A stretch of 64,000 bases of DNA from a virus, in the IMG/VR virus record IMGVR_UViG_3300009184_005291, positions 21,126 through 85,125 of that record. One strand, 5' to 3'. How positions within the stretch are numbered: position 1 is the first letter of the stretch; each line of letters starts with the position of its first letter. A program made the translations under genes and the position numbers. Below are positions 27,553-37,540 of the stretch, piece by piece. Under the pieces are notes generated by a model. The model saw only the letters and a program-made list of their open reading frames with translations, did not search any database and was not told where the DNA came from.

Positions 27553-29057
27553 GATTGTTTTGTATTTACGATTGAAAATGTTAATTGTCTCTTATAAGTA
27601 TCTTTTTCTCCTGAAGTGTTCACTTGAATATCAACAAAATATTGATTTGGAATTTTGTCTCTCATATCAAATATGAAGTAATATTCATTTGGTGTTCTGT
27701 TCAATGGAGTCCAATCTTGTACTAATACTTCAGTTGTTCCTTCCATTACATAAACTCTGTAGAACCCTGAAACATCCAATAGAAGTACCTGTCCTGTGTA
27801 TGCCTTTTTGATTGTTACTCCAACTTTTCTGATATCAGTATTAAGTATCTTTTCGTTTTGTAAGATACCATAGAAATCAAATCCAAATATTTCAGGTTCT
27901 TTAGACACTGAACCGATTTGGATACCTGAGGTATATGGTTGTAATGTAAATTGATTAGTCACATTAGGGATAGATTGTCCATTGATTGTAAGACCTGACC
28001 ATACATCATAAAAAATACATGGTGTTGGATAGTTGGAAAACCCATTTGGAACGGTTACTTCATAAACACCTTTGGTTTTTAGACAGGTGGTTAAGGAACC
28101 CATACCCGCCACTGCGGTACCATTTCTATCTTCAATTCTTACAAAAGGGTCTGAATCAAGATTCGCGAAATCCCCATTTTGATAAACGTATAAGAATAAC
28201 TTATTTTCCTGATTTTTTAAGAATAGATTTCTATCATCCGTAATTAAGTCATTGTAATTTGTTAATAGATATGGTTGATAAAATGTTTGAGTGTGTCTTG
28301 AAAAGAACGCCACACTATAACTTTCTGTTAGGCCTGTAATATTTTCTATTTGAGGGAGATATGATATACCCCAACCTGTGACTCCAGTTATTGACCCATT
28401 TAATATACCGTTGATTTCATTGGTCATATCCATATTCAAATCTTCGTTTCCGAGTTCGAAATGTTGTCTTGCGACGATGGTCAAACCTGAATAGTTTACA
28501 GCCCCTTCATTCTTATTGTTGTAGATACCATTTTGAGACCATCCAGAGAGAGTTGTCGTTTGATACCAGTTAGATGGTCGTGTAGAATATGCTCGACTGT
28601 CAACGTACGTTAAAGGGGAAATTCCACCGTTCGCACTATTTTGTGCAATATTGAAATCATTGTAATCATACCCTACACCTTCATCCCACAATTGTGGATT
28701 ACCTGTTGCTCCTGAAAATTTGGGGATTCTCCATAATATTAAGTCGAACGAGGTCGATCTTCTTCTTTCGTTTGACATGAATGAATTTAATAATTCATTA
28801 TCAAATGATGACGTGTTTGTCATTTGGAGAGTGTGTGTCATTGCTGAAGTACACCCTGTAGATATAACACCTGAACTTATGTTTTCTTCTAATAAAGATA
28901 AATCTAAATCAAAGATAAATCTTGTGTAACCAAAGTTTGGGACAATTAAATCCGAAGCACCAAAATTCAACTCAATTACAGGGTTTCTACCCGTATTTAC
29001 GTATGAGTTTGAAATGATGGTATTGTTTTTATTTATATAAGACCTTAAGATTGACAT
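27549..29057 (-). CDS. putative virion structural protein
   Basis: 502 aa, beta-strand-rich (N/T/S/G/Y), next to a baseplate gene. Confidence 0.6.
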   Translation of the reverse strand: MSILRSYINKNNTIISNSYVNTGRNPVIELNFGASDLIVPNFGYTRFIFDLDLSLLEENISSGVISTGCTSAMTHTLQMTNTSSFDNELLNSFMSNERRRSTSFDLILWRIPKFSGATGNPQLWDEGVGYDYNDFNIAQNSANGGISPLTYVDSRAYSTRPSNWYQTTTLSGWSQNGIYNNKNEGAVNYSGLTIVARQHFELGNEDLNMDMTNEINGILNGSITGVTGWGISYLPQIENITGLTESYSVAFFSRHTQTFYQPYLLTNYNDLITDDRNLFLKNQENKLFLYVYQNGDFANLDSDPFVRIEDRNGTAVAGMGSLTTCLKTKGVYEVTVPNGFSNYPTPCIFYDVWSGLTINGQSIPNVTNQFTLQPYTSGIQIGSVSKEPEIFGFDFYGILQNEKILNTDIRKVGVTIKKAYTGQVLLLDVSGFYRVYVMEGTTEVLVQDWTPLNRTPNEYYFIFDMRDKIPNQYFVDIQVNTSGEKDTYKRQLTFSIVNTKQS

Positions 29058-29078
29058 TTATCTTTTAACTAATAAATA

Positions 29079-30614
29079 TCAATTAAGTCTAATATTTTTA
29101 CTTAGAATTTTGTTAACCGCATTATTGAGTTCGGTTAGAATTGTTTGTGTGTTTGTTCCTTCTTGAGTTACGGGTACTGGCGGAAGACCTGGATATGCGT
29201 GAGTGTGAGTTACCAAGAATTTTACAATCAAATTAATTAATTCCAAAAGTTCCTCCCCCCTAACCATACTTGAAGTTTTTGGTAATAATTCTTTTGTAAA
29301 TTTTTCAGGACTTATACCATATAAAGTATCATCAAAGTTTATCTTACCCTTACCCGGAATTTGCGAGTTGTGAGATACCAAGAATAAAACATCACTTCCC
29401 AAAGCACCATATGAAGATTCTTGATTAACATACTTTTGTTGGGGGACTACAAATTTTTTCGGAGTTCTTGGAGTTCCAACTTTTCCTTTTGCATAAATTA
29501 AACCATAACCACCTTTCAGAGCGGGATCCAATTTAATCCCTTTGTAAATGTCACTAATGTTACTAACTTCTATTGGTGTTGCAGATGAACCTAACGGTGT
29601 TGATGGGTTCAACTTTGAATACATAAGTGGACTTGGTCTGTAATAAATCGGAAATTTATTACTTGCGTTATTATCGTTGAATAACCTCACACCACTTTTA
29701 GTTACGTCTGTTTCATTACAAGTTTTTATAAAGTTATTAATAAATTTGATAGTTTCTGATTTGGACAACATTGCGAACGATTCAATTGCGACCAATTTTT
29801 TAAGGTTTTCAGAAATTTCGCTGTCCACTGAAATAAATTTGGAATTGATTAAAGGGTTTGGTTTTAATTGATATAAATAAACCGAACCTGAAAATTTGTC
29901 CTGAGTGTTCTCTGGGTTTGTAACTACCCATTCAATTAAATATTTGGTTAATAAAACATCTTCTTGTAATTCAAAATAAACTTTCGGATCTAAATTTTGT
30001 AAGGTACTTTGAAACTTTGAAAGTTGTAAAAACCCTCTTTGTTGATTTGCAACAGGTATTACATTTGGTTGTAATTGTTCCCCTTTGAATTTACCGGCTC
30101 TGATTAAAATTTCATCTTGTTTAACAATTACGTCAGCACTTCCCCGTCCCAAAAGAGCGTTGTCCCCTGGTTGTGGAAACACACCTTTATGGACTGACTG
30201 ATCAGTAAATGTTCCATCTTGATTTTTTAATGGCTTAGGGTTTTTGATTTGCATACCTGTACCTGTGAATTTATTTCCTCCGAAATAATATTCGTTGAAG
30301 GTCGCGGTTGGGCTTGAAAACGTATTTTGAACGTAATACTGATTTTGGTACTGGAAATCTTTGTTTACATAAATTACTTGGACTAATTCGTTAACTTTTG
30401 GAACTGAATATACAAAGTATGGTAGTAGAGCGTTAAATACTAAAGGGTCTCTTGAGGTCCATATATCTTTTTCTTCGTTCCATGGTGGATCAGAAATGCC
30501 TTTCAATATGTCATCATAGTTGTCAATAAGTCTAATACCTCTGATACGACCCAACATCATAGGGTCTTCAGTATTTAATACTCTACATTGAAAAAATATT
30601 GAGTTATCTTTCAT
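29079..30614 (-). CDS. baseplate hub/central spike protein (gp5 OB-fold-like)
   Basis: N-terminal V...EDP..LGRI and P.V.E.V.V motifs; C-terminal HTH (HxH) spike-tip metal motif. Confidence 0.65.
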   Translation of the reverse strand: MKDNSIFFQCRVLNTEDPMMLGRIRGIRLIDNYDDILKGISDPPWNEEKDIWTSRDPLVFNALLPYFVYSVPKVNELVQVIYVNKDFQYQNQYYVQNTFSSPTATFNEYYFGGNKFTGTGMQIKNPKPLKNQDGTFTDQSVHKGVFPQPGDNALLGRGSADVIVKQDEILIRAGKFKGEQLQPNVIPVANQQRGFLQLSKFQSTLQNLDPKVYFELQEDVLLTKYLIEWVVTNPENTQDKFSGSVYLYQLKPNPLINSKFISVDSEISENLKKLVAIESFAMLSKSETIKFINNFIKTCNETDVTKSGVRLFNDNNASNKFPIYYRPSPLMYSKLNPSTPLGSSATPIEVSNISDIYKGIKLDPALKGGYGLIYAKGKVGTPRTPKKFVVPQQKYVNQESSYGALGSDVLFLVSHNSQIPGKGKINFDDTLYGISPEKFTKELLPKTSSMVRGEELLELINLIVKFLVTHTHAYPGLPPVPVTQEGTNTQTILTELNNAVNKILSKNIRLN

Positions 30615-30813
30615 TTCTATCTTGATAAACTTTTAATACTTTATTATACAATTCTTCAACACTATCTAAATAGAAAGTACTTTTAATTATAGATTCTTTT
30701 GTAGAATCAAAATCTGAAGATAACAAATCTAAATATTCCACCAATTTTGTGTTTGGTAAATCTTTTAGGCTTGATTGGCTATCCAATATTTCCTTAAATT
30801 TTTCGTCTTTCAT
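30604..30813 (-). CDS. hypothetical protein
   Basis: 69-aa ORF coupled to its neighbours. Confidence 0.6.
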   Translation of the reverse strand: MKDEKFKEILDSQSSLKDLPNTKLVEYLDLLSSDFDSTKESIIKSTFYLDSVEELYNKVLKVYQDRNER

Positions 30814-30815
30814 AT

Positions 30816-32924
30816 TTATAATTTTTTTCCAAAACCGAGTAAACCTACATTAGCAATTTCAATTTTTCCATTTTCAGATTCCTCTTGGTCAACAGCTTTA
30901 TTTGTCGCTAAATTGTATAGTAACATTAAATTAGGTGAACCATCTGGTAAAGTTCCGGTTGGAACACCTAGTCCTTGTAAAAGTTGAATAGCATTTATTG
31001 TTGCCCTTTCAGGTGAATAACCTGGTAATACACTAGATAATAATAAGAGTGGTAGTGGGATTTCATTTCGTAGAGGAGTATTTGCATTCAAACCTTGACC
31101 CACTAAGTTCAATAGAAGTAATATATTATCCAAAAGACTTTTACATTTTCTATAATCATTTACTAATTGTGATACTATCAAAGCAAGTTGTGCCAATCTT
31201 AAAATTATTGCGTATTTTTTCAATAATTTAGATCTCGAAATATCAGATATTATTATGGAAACTAAATTAACAATATCTTTTTTTAATATTTCATAAAGAA
31301 CTTGTAAAAACTCAGCGTTTATTTGAGAAATGACCTGAATAGAAAACGCTTTATATTTTTTCAAAAAATCCTCCCCACTGTTAACAATATTACTACCTTG
31401 TTTTCCAACATCCGATCCATCGTTTCCTATTGTTGATAAGGATTCATTAGCATCAGTTGTAGTTTCATTAACTTCAGTCACCGCTTGATTATACGTAAAG
31501 GTTGCACCTGATTGTATTACGGATAATAAAGTATAAAGTGGTAGTAAATTTTTTGGAGTTAATACTGCCGAAGCAACTGCTAAAGGTATTTTCTTGATGA
31601 CATTTTTATCTATCGATACTTTCACATTCAAGTTTGCTGGCGCGGTAATGGACCAATCAGGATTATCTGAAATAGAATCAATAATTTGACCAAGAATTTC
31701 AACTTGTTGTTCTACGGTATTTCCACTTTCAGTATTTCTAAAATTAATTAATTCATCAATCAAAACTTCAGAATTCACAGGAAGTTTTATGTTATCACAA
31801 TCCTCAAATTCAATAATACCATTTTGAACATTTGAAATTTCGATGTCGATATTTCTTAAATCAATTTCATTAAGTTCAAAAAATGAATCATCAACACCAT
31901 CTAATTCGGCGACTTTGGCAACTCCACTAACATCTATTTCCCTTCTGTCATCAAAACATAACCCTAAAATTCTCTGTACTATTAGAGAAAATCTGGATTG
32001 GTTATTTATTTCTCCAAATCCAACTTGGGCGTTATAATTAATTGCCCCCGAAATAATATTGACAATTTGAGCACCAATATCAACCGAATCCACCAATTTA
32101 ATTGTACTGTAATAATCGGAAATAAACTCTCCAACATTATTTGTTATATTACCAGAATTATCTTCTCTATCAATTAAAAATACTCTGTAATAATCACCAG
32201 TTACACCAAAACTATTGGTGTTAGTATATTGTAAATCAAAAAGGTCTTGTCCTGATTTCCCTAAATAATTTTTCCCATTTATTTGATTAAACGACCTTCC
32301 AGCATTATCGGAAGTCATCATATTGAATAATTGTTTATTCATTGGGAATGGTTCAGGCCCACCATACGGTCGAAATATTGGATCGGCAGACGGGTCTGGT
32401 TTTTCATAATATATTTTACCAAAATTAGTTTCTGGAGACTGCTTTAGATTTGAAAAAAAATCTAAAGAATTGACTGGTATATATATTCCTTCTTGTTGTG
32501 GTCTTAAAGGGATTGGTTGTAATGATAAACTTTCCGAAGATACTCCGTTATAAGTTTGTTCAATAGAGCATCCAAGAGCTTTGATTGTTTCTGTTTTAAG
32601 AATACCTGAAACTTTTGGTTCTATTTTAGCTGCGGCCTCTAATATTTTTGTTCTAAGATATCTTAGTGTGGCATTTCCATTCCCTTGAGTTTGCCCTAAA
32701 AATCCCAATAGTTGATCCATAGAATTTGGTGGGTTTCTTTGGAATCGTTTTTGGAATTCACTTACTTTGTCGAGTTGACTCGAAATTTGAGAAGTTGCAT
32801 CAGACGCAGAATTTCCCAATTTACCTAATAAACCTTTTTCAGAAGTAGATACCTCTCTATAGGTTTTATAGGCATCAATTTTACTTTGAATTGATTGTTG
32901 AGTTGAATTTATATCTAATGGCAT
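30816..32924 (-). CDS. large hypothetical (putative structural) protein
   Basis: 702-aa ORF in an operon with the baseplate gene. Confidence 0.7.
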   Translation of the reverse strand: MPLDINSTQQSIQSKIDAYKTYREVSTSEKGLLGKLGNSASDATSQISSQLDKVSEFQKRFQRNPPNSMDQLLGFLGQTQGNGNATLRYLRTKILEAAAKIEPKVSGILKTETIKALGCSIEQTYNGVSSESLSLQPIPLRPQQEGIYIPVNSLDFFSNLKQSPETNFGKIYYEKPDPSADPIFRPYGGPEPFPMNKQLFNMMTSDNAGRSFNQINGKNYLGKSGQDLFDLQYTNTNSFGVTGDYYRVFLIDREDNSGNITNNVGEFISDYYSTIKLVDSVDIGAQIVNIISGAINYNAQVGFGEINNQSRFSLIVQRILGLCFDDRREIDVSGVAKVAELDGVDDSFFELNEIDLRNIDIEISNVQNGIIEFEDCDNIKLPVNSEVLIDELINFRNTESGNTVEQQVEILGQIIDSISDNPDWSITAPANLNVKVSIDKNVIKKIPLAVASAVLTPKNLLPLYTLLSVIQSGATFTYNQAVTEVNETTTDANESLSTIGNDGSDVGKQGSNIVNSGEDFLKKYKAFSIQVISQINAEFLQVLYEILKKDIVNLVSIIISDISRSKLLKKYAIILRLAQLALIVSQLVNDYRKCKSLLDNILLLLNLVGQGLNANTPLRNEIPLPLLLLSSVLPGYSPERATINAIQLLQGLGVPTGTLPDGSPNLMLLYNLATNKAVDQEESENGKIEIANVGLLGFGKKL

Positions 32925-32927
32925 AGT

Positions 32928-33296
32928 TTATCTCATTTTGTATGATTCCTCATCTTTGGAAACATCTTTTTCAATGAGATTCTGTATTAAATCATCGTCT
33001 AAGTCTGCAAGAGAGAATGATTCCTCTTTGTTGTTATTTGATTTCTCCCAAATACTTGACTGTAGTTTTGATAAACTAATTTTTTTCTCTACACAATCGT
33101 TTACAATTTTTTGTTGTTTTTCGATTACAGGACCAATAGTAGTCATGTCGGAAGGTTCTTTCAATAACGCCAACATTTTATTTTGAATTCTAATGGCAGT
33201 CTGTCTTTGCTCAACAAGTTCATTATAGATTTCTTGCATGAGTGATAATATAGAATCTTTAGTGAAATTGATTTCTTTTCTTTGAGGTCTCGGCAT
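32928..33296 (-). CDS. hypothetical coiled-coil protein
   Basis: 122-aa ORF; TATTTAT-N4-ATG. Confidence 0.65.
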   Translation of the reverse strand: MPRPQRKEINFTKDSILSLMQEIYNELVEQRQTAIRIQNKMLALLKEPSDMTTIGPVIEKQQKIVNDCVEKKISLSKLQSSIWEKSNNNKEESFSLADLDDDLIQNLIEKDVSKDEESYKMR

Positions 33297-33315
33297 ATCT
33301 ATAAATACTTTTTTA

Positions 33316-34062
33316 TCAGTTTTTAATTTTTGACTGAATTACTATATATAATTTTTTGAATCTTTTAATAGAACTACGTATTTCTTTGGTGCTCAAATTA
33401 GTCATTTCTCTTAAGGATAAAAGAATAACATTTTTGTTGAATTTATTATTATCCGCACCTGAGAATATTGATTCGTAATTATCAAACAAATCAATTAGAG
33501 CATATCCTAATTTCTTTTCATTATCGTTTAGTTGTTCTGATTCGATATAATCTTTTAGCTCCTCCAAATATTTATTGATAACATAATCAGTTTCAATAAT
33601 ATCATCATCTATTCGATAAGACATATCAGGTCTTTCTTCAAGACTTGATGAAATATCTTCATATGATATTTTTCTATTAGTTTCTTTTTGGTCTTTTATA
33701 ATCTGTCCCATCAGATAATTTTTACAGATAGTACCAAAATAAGAATAAGCCTTTTTGTTTTTATCAGGCTTAAACTTGTCGACTTTAGTCATCAGAAATG
33801 AATGAGTATCTGTATGAATTTCCTCAAAATCCATATCTTTACGATATAACTTGTATCGTCGTATGATTGAGGAAATCATTTTATCTAAAGGTAACCTTAA
33901 AAATTGATTATATATTTTATTCTTTTCGTATGAAGTTTCGGCGATTAGAAAGTTTCTAACCGCCTCTTCTTCTCTTACATCAAAATAATTTTCTTTAACC
34001 GCCTTTCTACCTCTTTTTTTTGATAAAACATCCTCTGTGGTAGCAGAGAGTGAATTTAGCAT
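33316..34062 (-). CDS. phage late sigma factor (T4 gp55-like)
   Basis: ENYF near the N-terminus and the region-2-like KVDKFKPDKNKKAYSYFGTICKNYL, matching the gp55 pattern F.P....[NP]...AYFT.I....F. Confidence 0.65.
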   Translation of the reverse strand: MLNSLSATTEDVLSKKRGRKAVKENYFDVREEEAVRNFLIAETSYEKNKIYNQFLRLPLDKMISSIIRRYKLYRKDMDFEEIHTDTHSFLMTKVDKFKPDKNKKAYSYFGTICKNYLMGQIIKDQKETNRKISYEDISSSLEERPDMSYRIDDDIIETDYVINKYLEELKDYIESEQLNDNEKKLGYALIDLFDNYESIFSGADNNKFNKNVILLSLREMTNLSTKEIRSSIKRFKKLYIVIQSKIKN

Positions 34063-34868
34063 TAAATATTATCAGATTGATATTTTATGGATCTGTCGTC
34101 CGTGAAAAAATATTCTCTTTTGGCGGTTTGAATCCAAAACTTAACCTCGTCCTCAACCATTTTATTATCACCAAACTTATAGTTCCAGAAAACAGAACCT
34201 TCTCTTAGATTTACGTGTTTGTACCCTAGTCTTGGAATTGTCATTATTGATACTGAGTTATAAGTTAATCTTAAAAGAAATTCATAAATAAAAGTTAATT
34301 TTATAGATGGTTTGAAGCCACCAAAATCTTCTACGATTGTTTTTTTGAATACAGAACCAGCAGTTTGAAAATTTTGATATTCTTGTAATGTATCATTAGT
34401 CAAAATTCCCATTTCTTGTGAGAAATTGGCTGCGAATGTTGCTTCATTTGTAAAACCTGCGAATAATCCCTTTTCATCTGTCTCAACGACTACGGGTAAA
34501 AACATCTGAACATCAGGAAATGATTCAACATATTGTTTTACATTTTTGAACCAAATGGAGGAATATTCGTCGTCGAATTCAAAAAGAGATACCCATGTTC
34601 CTTTAGCGTTTTTTATTCCGAAGTTTACTTGGTTAGCATAACTAGGGTCTTTATCCCACAATAATTTTGTGACATTCAAATCACCAAAATCATAAGAATT
34701 CAAATGGTCGATTAGAGATTGCTCTTGTGTATGTACTATTACTAATTCTTCAAAACTAACTGTTTGATTTTTTAGAGAAGTTATTGCTTTTTCAAAGTAT
34801 TCATCAAAATCTTTCGCTTTGGAAGATTTGATAGGAAGTATTACTGATAGTGATAATGTATTGTTCAT
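34062..34868 (-). CDS. glycosyltransferase family 2
   Basis: LSVILPI start, NFGIKNAKGTWV and FEFDD (DxD-like). Start moved to the ATG at 34868. Confidence 0.75.
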   Translation of the reverse strand: MNNTLSLSVILPIKSSKAKDFDEYFEKAITSLKNQTVSFEELVIVHTQEQSLIDHLNSYDFGDLNVTKLLWDKDPSYANQVNFGIKNAKGTWVSLFEFDDEYSSIWFKNVKQYVESFPDVQMFLPVVVETDEKGLFAGFTNEATFAANFSQEMGILTNDTLQEYQNFQTAGSVFKKTIVEDFGGFKPSIKLTFIYEFLLRLTYNSVSIMTIPRLGYKHVNLREGSVFWNYKFGDNKMVEDEVKFWIQTAKREYFFTDDRSIKYQSDNI

Positions 34869-34869
34869 G

Positions 34870-35922
34870 TTATTCTTCTGTTTTGGAAATTTGATTTTCA
34901 AAGGCGTCCGCTCTATTTGACAAATAACCGTCAAATAATGAAACTATAGATGATTCAAACTTTTGTTTATCCGTATATCTCTCAACGGTCTCCTTCATTT
35001 TTTCAAATATTTGTGGGTCAATATTATCTTCTAACCAATTTTGTGCGTAATCTGCTACCAAATCAGGTAATAAAGTTTGGTCTGTAACCCAAATACCATT
35101 TTCTTCACTCATCCAATCAGGAGACAAATTTGGAACTTTACCTATAACTGGAACGTTTGATTTCATAGATTCTAATGGGAAGGTTCCAAATGCACTGTGG
35201 TCATCTATCCAAACACTTAGAAAACAGTCTCTCAAAGAATTAGCAAATTCTTTTTCTGACAATCCTCTCAAATCTCTGAAAGTAAACCATCTGTATTGAG
35301 GAAATTTTAGATAAAATGTTTTGATTAGGTTAATAGCATCACTTTGGTCTTTAGAATGAACCCCAATTATTGGCATTGCCGGTGTTGACTTAGGTGTAAA
35401 TTCTTCACCGATTAATGGGTCAATAATATCAAATGAAATTTGTCTCATAACTCTCTCAATGTATTCTTTTTGCTTACTTGAAGTTGTGATACATTTCAAG
35501 AATCCAAATTGATTCCATGTTTGACCAGGTTGTAAAGTTTCTAACATATGAGAGTATTGTTGAGTAAGAACAATTTTAGCACATGGAAGTTGTTTTACTT
35601 GTTCCATAATGAATCCGAACACTTCAGGAATAACTAAGAAATCTTCTGGAGATATTTCTAAATTTTGACCTTCAATTGCTTTATGAGGTAATGACATGTA
35701 TTCTTCGTCTAACCACGCCACAACACCCGCATAATCAGATTTTTCGTGAAGTATGATTGGGTTGAACCCATTATCTTTTAATGTTTTTGCCATTTGATAT
35801 ATGAGTCTCACTGATGCCTTAGCGTTACCTTTAGTGTCTTGAACTAAAAAATAAATTCTGGCTTGTTTTCCTCTTAATATCTCAATGGACTGTTTTACTT
35901 TTTCTTGAAGTTGGTTTTCCAT
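34870..35922 (-). CDS. GT-B (GT4-like) glycosyltransferase
   Basis: DFLVIPE and SAFGTFPLESMKSNVPVIG (E-x7-E-like donor motif, partly degenerate). Confidence 0.65.
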   Translation of the reverse strand: MENQLQEKVKQSIEILRGKQARIYFLVQDTKGNAKASVRLIYQMAKTLKDNGFNPIILHEKSDYAGVVAWLDEEYMSLPHKAIEGQNLEISPEDFLVIPEVFGFIMEQVKQLPCAKIVLTQQYSHMLETLQPGQTWNQFGFLKCITTSSKQKEYIERVMRQISFDIIDPLIGEEFTPKSTPAMPIIGVHSKDQSDAINLIKTFYLKFPQYRWFTFRDLRGLSEKEFANSLRDCFLSVWIDDHSAFGTFPLESMKSNVPVIGKVPNLSPDWMSEENGIWVTDQTLLPDLVADYAQNWLEDNIDPQIFEKMKETVERYTDKQKFESSIVSLFDGYLSNRADAFENQISKTEE

Positions 35923-35923
35923 A

Positions 35924-36208
35924 TTAATAATGATTGATAAGTTTTTTATTTAATAAACTATTAAATGCGATTCTGAATGGAATACTAACGTTCGAAGTTC
36001 CCTTCATTCCTAGTTTTTCATCCACTATTTCTTGCTCAGTGAGAACTGTATCTAACAACATTTTCACCATCTCGTATTTAATAATGTTAATTTTTGTTTC
36101 CGTAAATCCTGATTCTGAGTCATCTGAGTCATCATTCTGGCTCATATCAAGATAAGTTTCAATTTCATCTAAGTCGATAAAATAATTTTCACCTAATACT
36201 TGTATCAT
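35924..36208 (-). CDS. hypothetical protein
   Basis: 94-aa ORF in the operon. Confidence 0.6.
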   Translation of the reverse strand: MIQVLGENYFIDLDEIETYLDMSQNDDSDDSESGFTETKINIIKYEMVKMLLDTVLTEQEIVDEKLGMKGTSNVSIPFRIAFNSLLNKKLINHY

Positions 36209-36804
36209 GTTATTTCTTGTATTTTTAGTTTTAACTCCTTAAGACTTGAAATATGAAAATCAGATTCAACATTTTGATTATATAATGTGTTGAATTTAAT
36301 TACAATTTTGTTTTTTGGATGATTCAATAATAGTTTAGGATTAGCAGTAAGTAAAATGTCTACAGAATCCCACAATGAATTAATCGTGCTTTCACTATAA
36401 AATTTTACGGATTCTACTAAACATCCAAACTTAGAAATAAAAAATAATGATGCTGGTTTAGATTTACCAATTTCATCAGATACAACAATAATGTCGTGTA
36501 ATTCTCTCATATCTAAATAAAATTCATTCAATTCCAAAAGACCTGAGGGTTCTACAGATCCGGCATGTCCAAAAATTTCCATAGTATGCTCCTTATAAAG
36601 AAAATCGTACAATTCATCTTCATTCTTGAACTTCAGATGTTTACTAATGTCTAAAGAAGTTAAATCGGATATAACTTCATATTCGAAATCTTCTTCTCCG
36701 GTTTCTTCTTTGAATGGATTATTTAGATACCACTTTTCATACTCTTGTTGTATTTTTTTTAGAGTATCCCTTAGAACCCCATTCAATTCTACACCTATTC
36801 TCAT
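36205..36804 (-). CDS. HAD/5'(3')-deoxyribonucleotidase-like protein with degenerate active site
   Basis: MRIGVELNGVLRD (DxDG replaced by ExNG); C-terminal FN..YN motif of NT5C-like proteins. Confidence 0.55.
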   Translation of the reverse strand: MRIGVELNGVLRDTLKKIQQEYEKWYLNNPFKEETGEEDFEYEVISDLTSLDISKHLKFKNEDELYDFLYKEHTMEIFGHAGSVEPSGLLELNEFYLDMRELHDIIVVSDEIGKSKPASLFFISKFGCLVESVKFYSESTINSLWDSVDILLTANPKLLLNHPKNKIVIKFNTLYNQNVESDFHISSLKELKLKIQEIT

Positions 36805-37535
36805 TCTTCGTATTTTTCTAATATTTTAGATATTAAAGGATTTCTTACAATATCTGTGGATTTGAATTCAAAAACTCCAATATCATTCATATTTTGAAAT
36901 TTTTTGAGAGCATCCCATAATCCAGTTTGTGTTTTATCTTTGTGTCTATCAAATTGTTCCAAATCACCTGATATGAAAAATTTGGAATTAAATCCAATTC
37001 TTGTTAATAATAATTTCATTTGACTCGGAGTTGAATTTTGAGCCTCTTCGAAAATTAAGATAGAGTTGTCAATATTCATTCCCCTCATATAAGCCAAGGC
37101 GAAAACTTCTATTGCTTCAATCTCTTTTAATTTTTCTCTTACATCTTTACCAATTATTTTATTCAAAAGGTAATATGATGGGAAAATGTATGGGTCAAGT
37201 TTTTCTTCAACACCACCCGGTAAACTACCCAACTTTTCTTCAGCTTCAACTGCGGGTCTAACAATTATGATTTTCTCATAAGGAGTATTAGGGTCAGACA
37301 ACAAATCAACAGCACATTTCATTGCGATATAACTTTTACCAACACCCGCTGGTCCTGAGCATATACATATTTGATTATTTACCAGTTTTTCATAATATTC
37401 TTTTTGACTTTCAGATAAAAATTTTTCTTTTGTTTTTCGTTTGATTATTGAACAAATTTGTTGTTTTTTATTTTTAATCGGAGCATCTTCACTTGGTAAA
37501 GTTGCAGTTGGTTTTGGTTTTGTTAGTCTACCCAT
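36801..37535 (-). CDS. phoH: PhoH-family ATPase
   Basis: GPAGVGKS, RPAVE, LGSLPG, LAYMRG, EEAQN, LLTRIG, GDLEQ and IVRNP motifs. Confidence 0.95.
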   Translation of the reverse strand: MGRLTKPKPTATLPSEDAPIKNKKQQICSIIKRKTKEKFLSESQKEYYEKLVNNQICICSGPAGVGKSYIAMKCAVDLLSDPNTPYEKIIIVRPAVEAEEKLGSLPGGVEEKLDPYIFPSYYLLNKIIGKDVREKLKEIEAIEVFALAYMRGMNIDNSILIFEEAQNSTPSQMKLLLTRIGFNSKFFISGDLEQFDRHKDKTQTGLWDALKKFQNMNDIGVFEFKSTDIVRNPLISKILEKYEE

Positions 37536-37540
37536 TTTTT

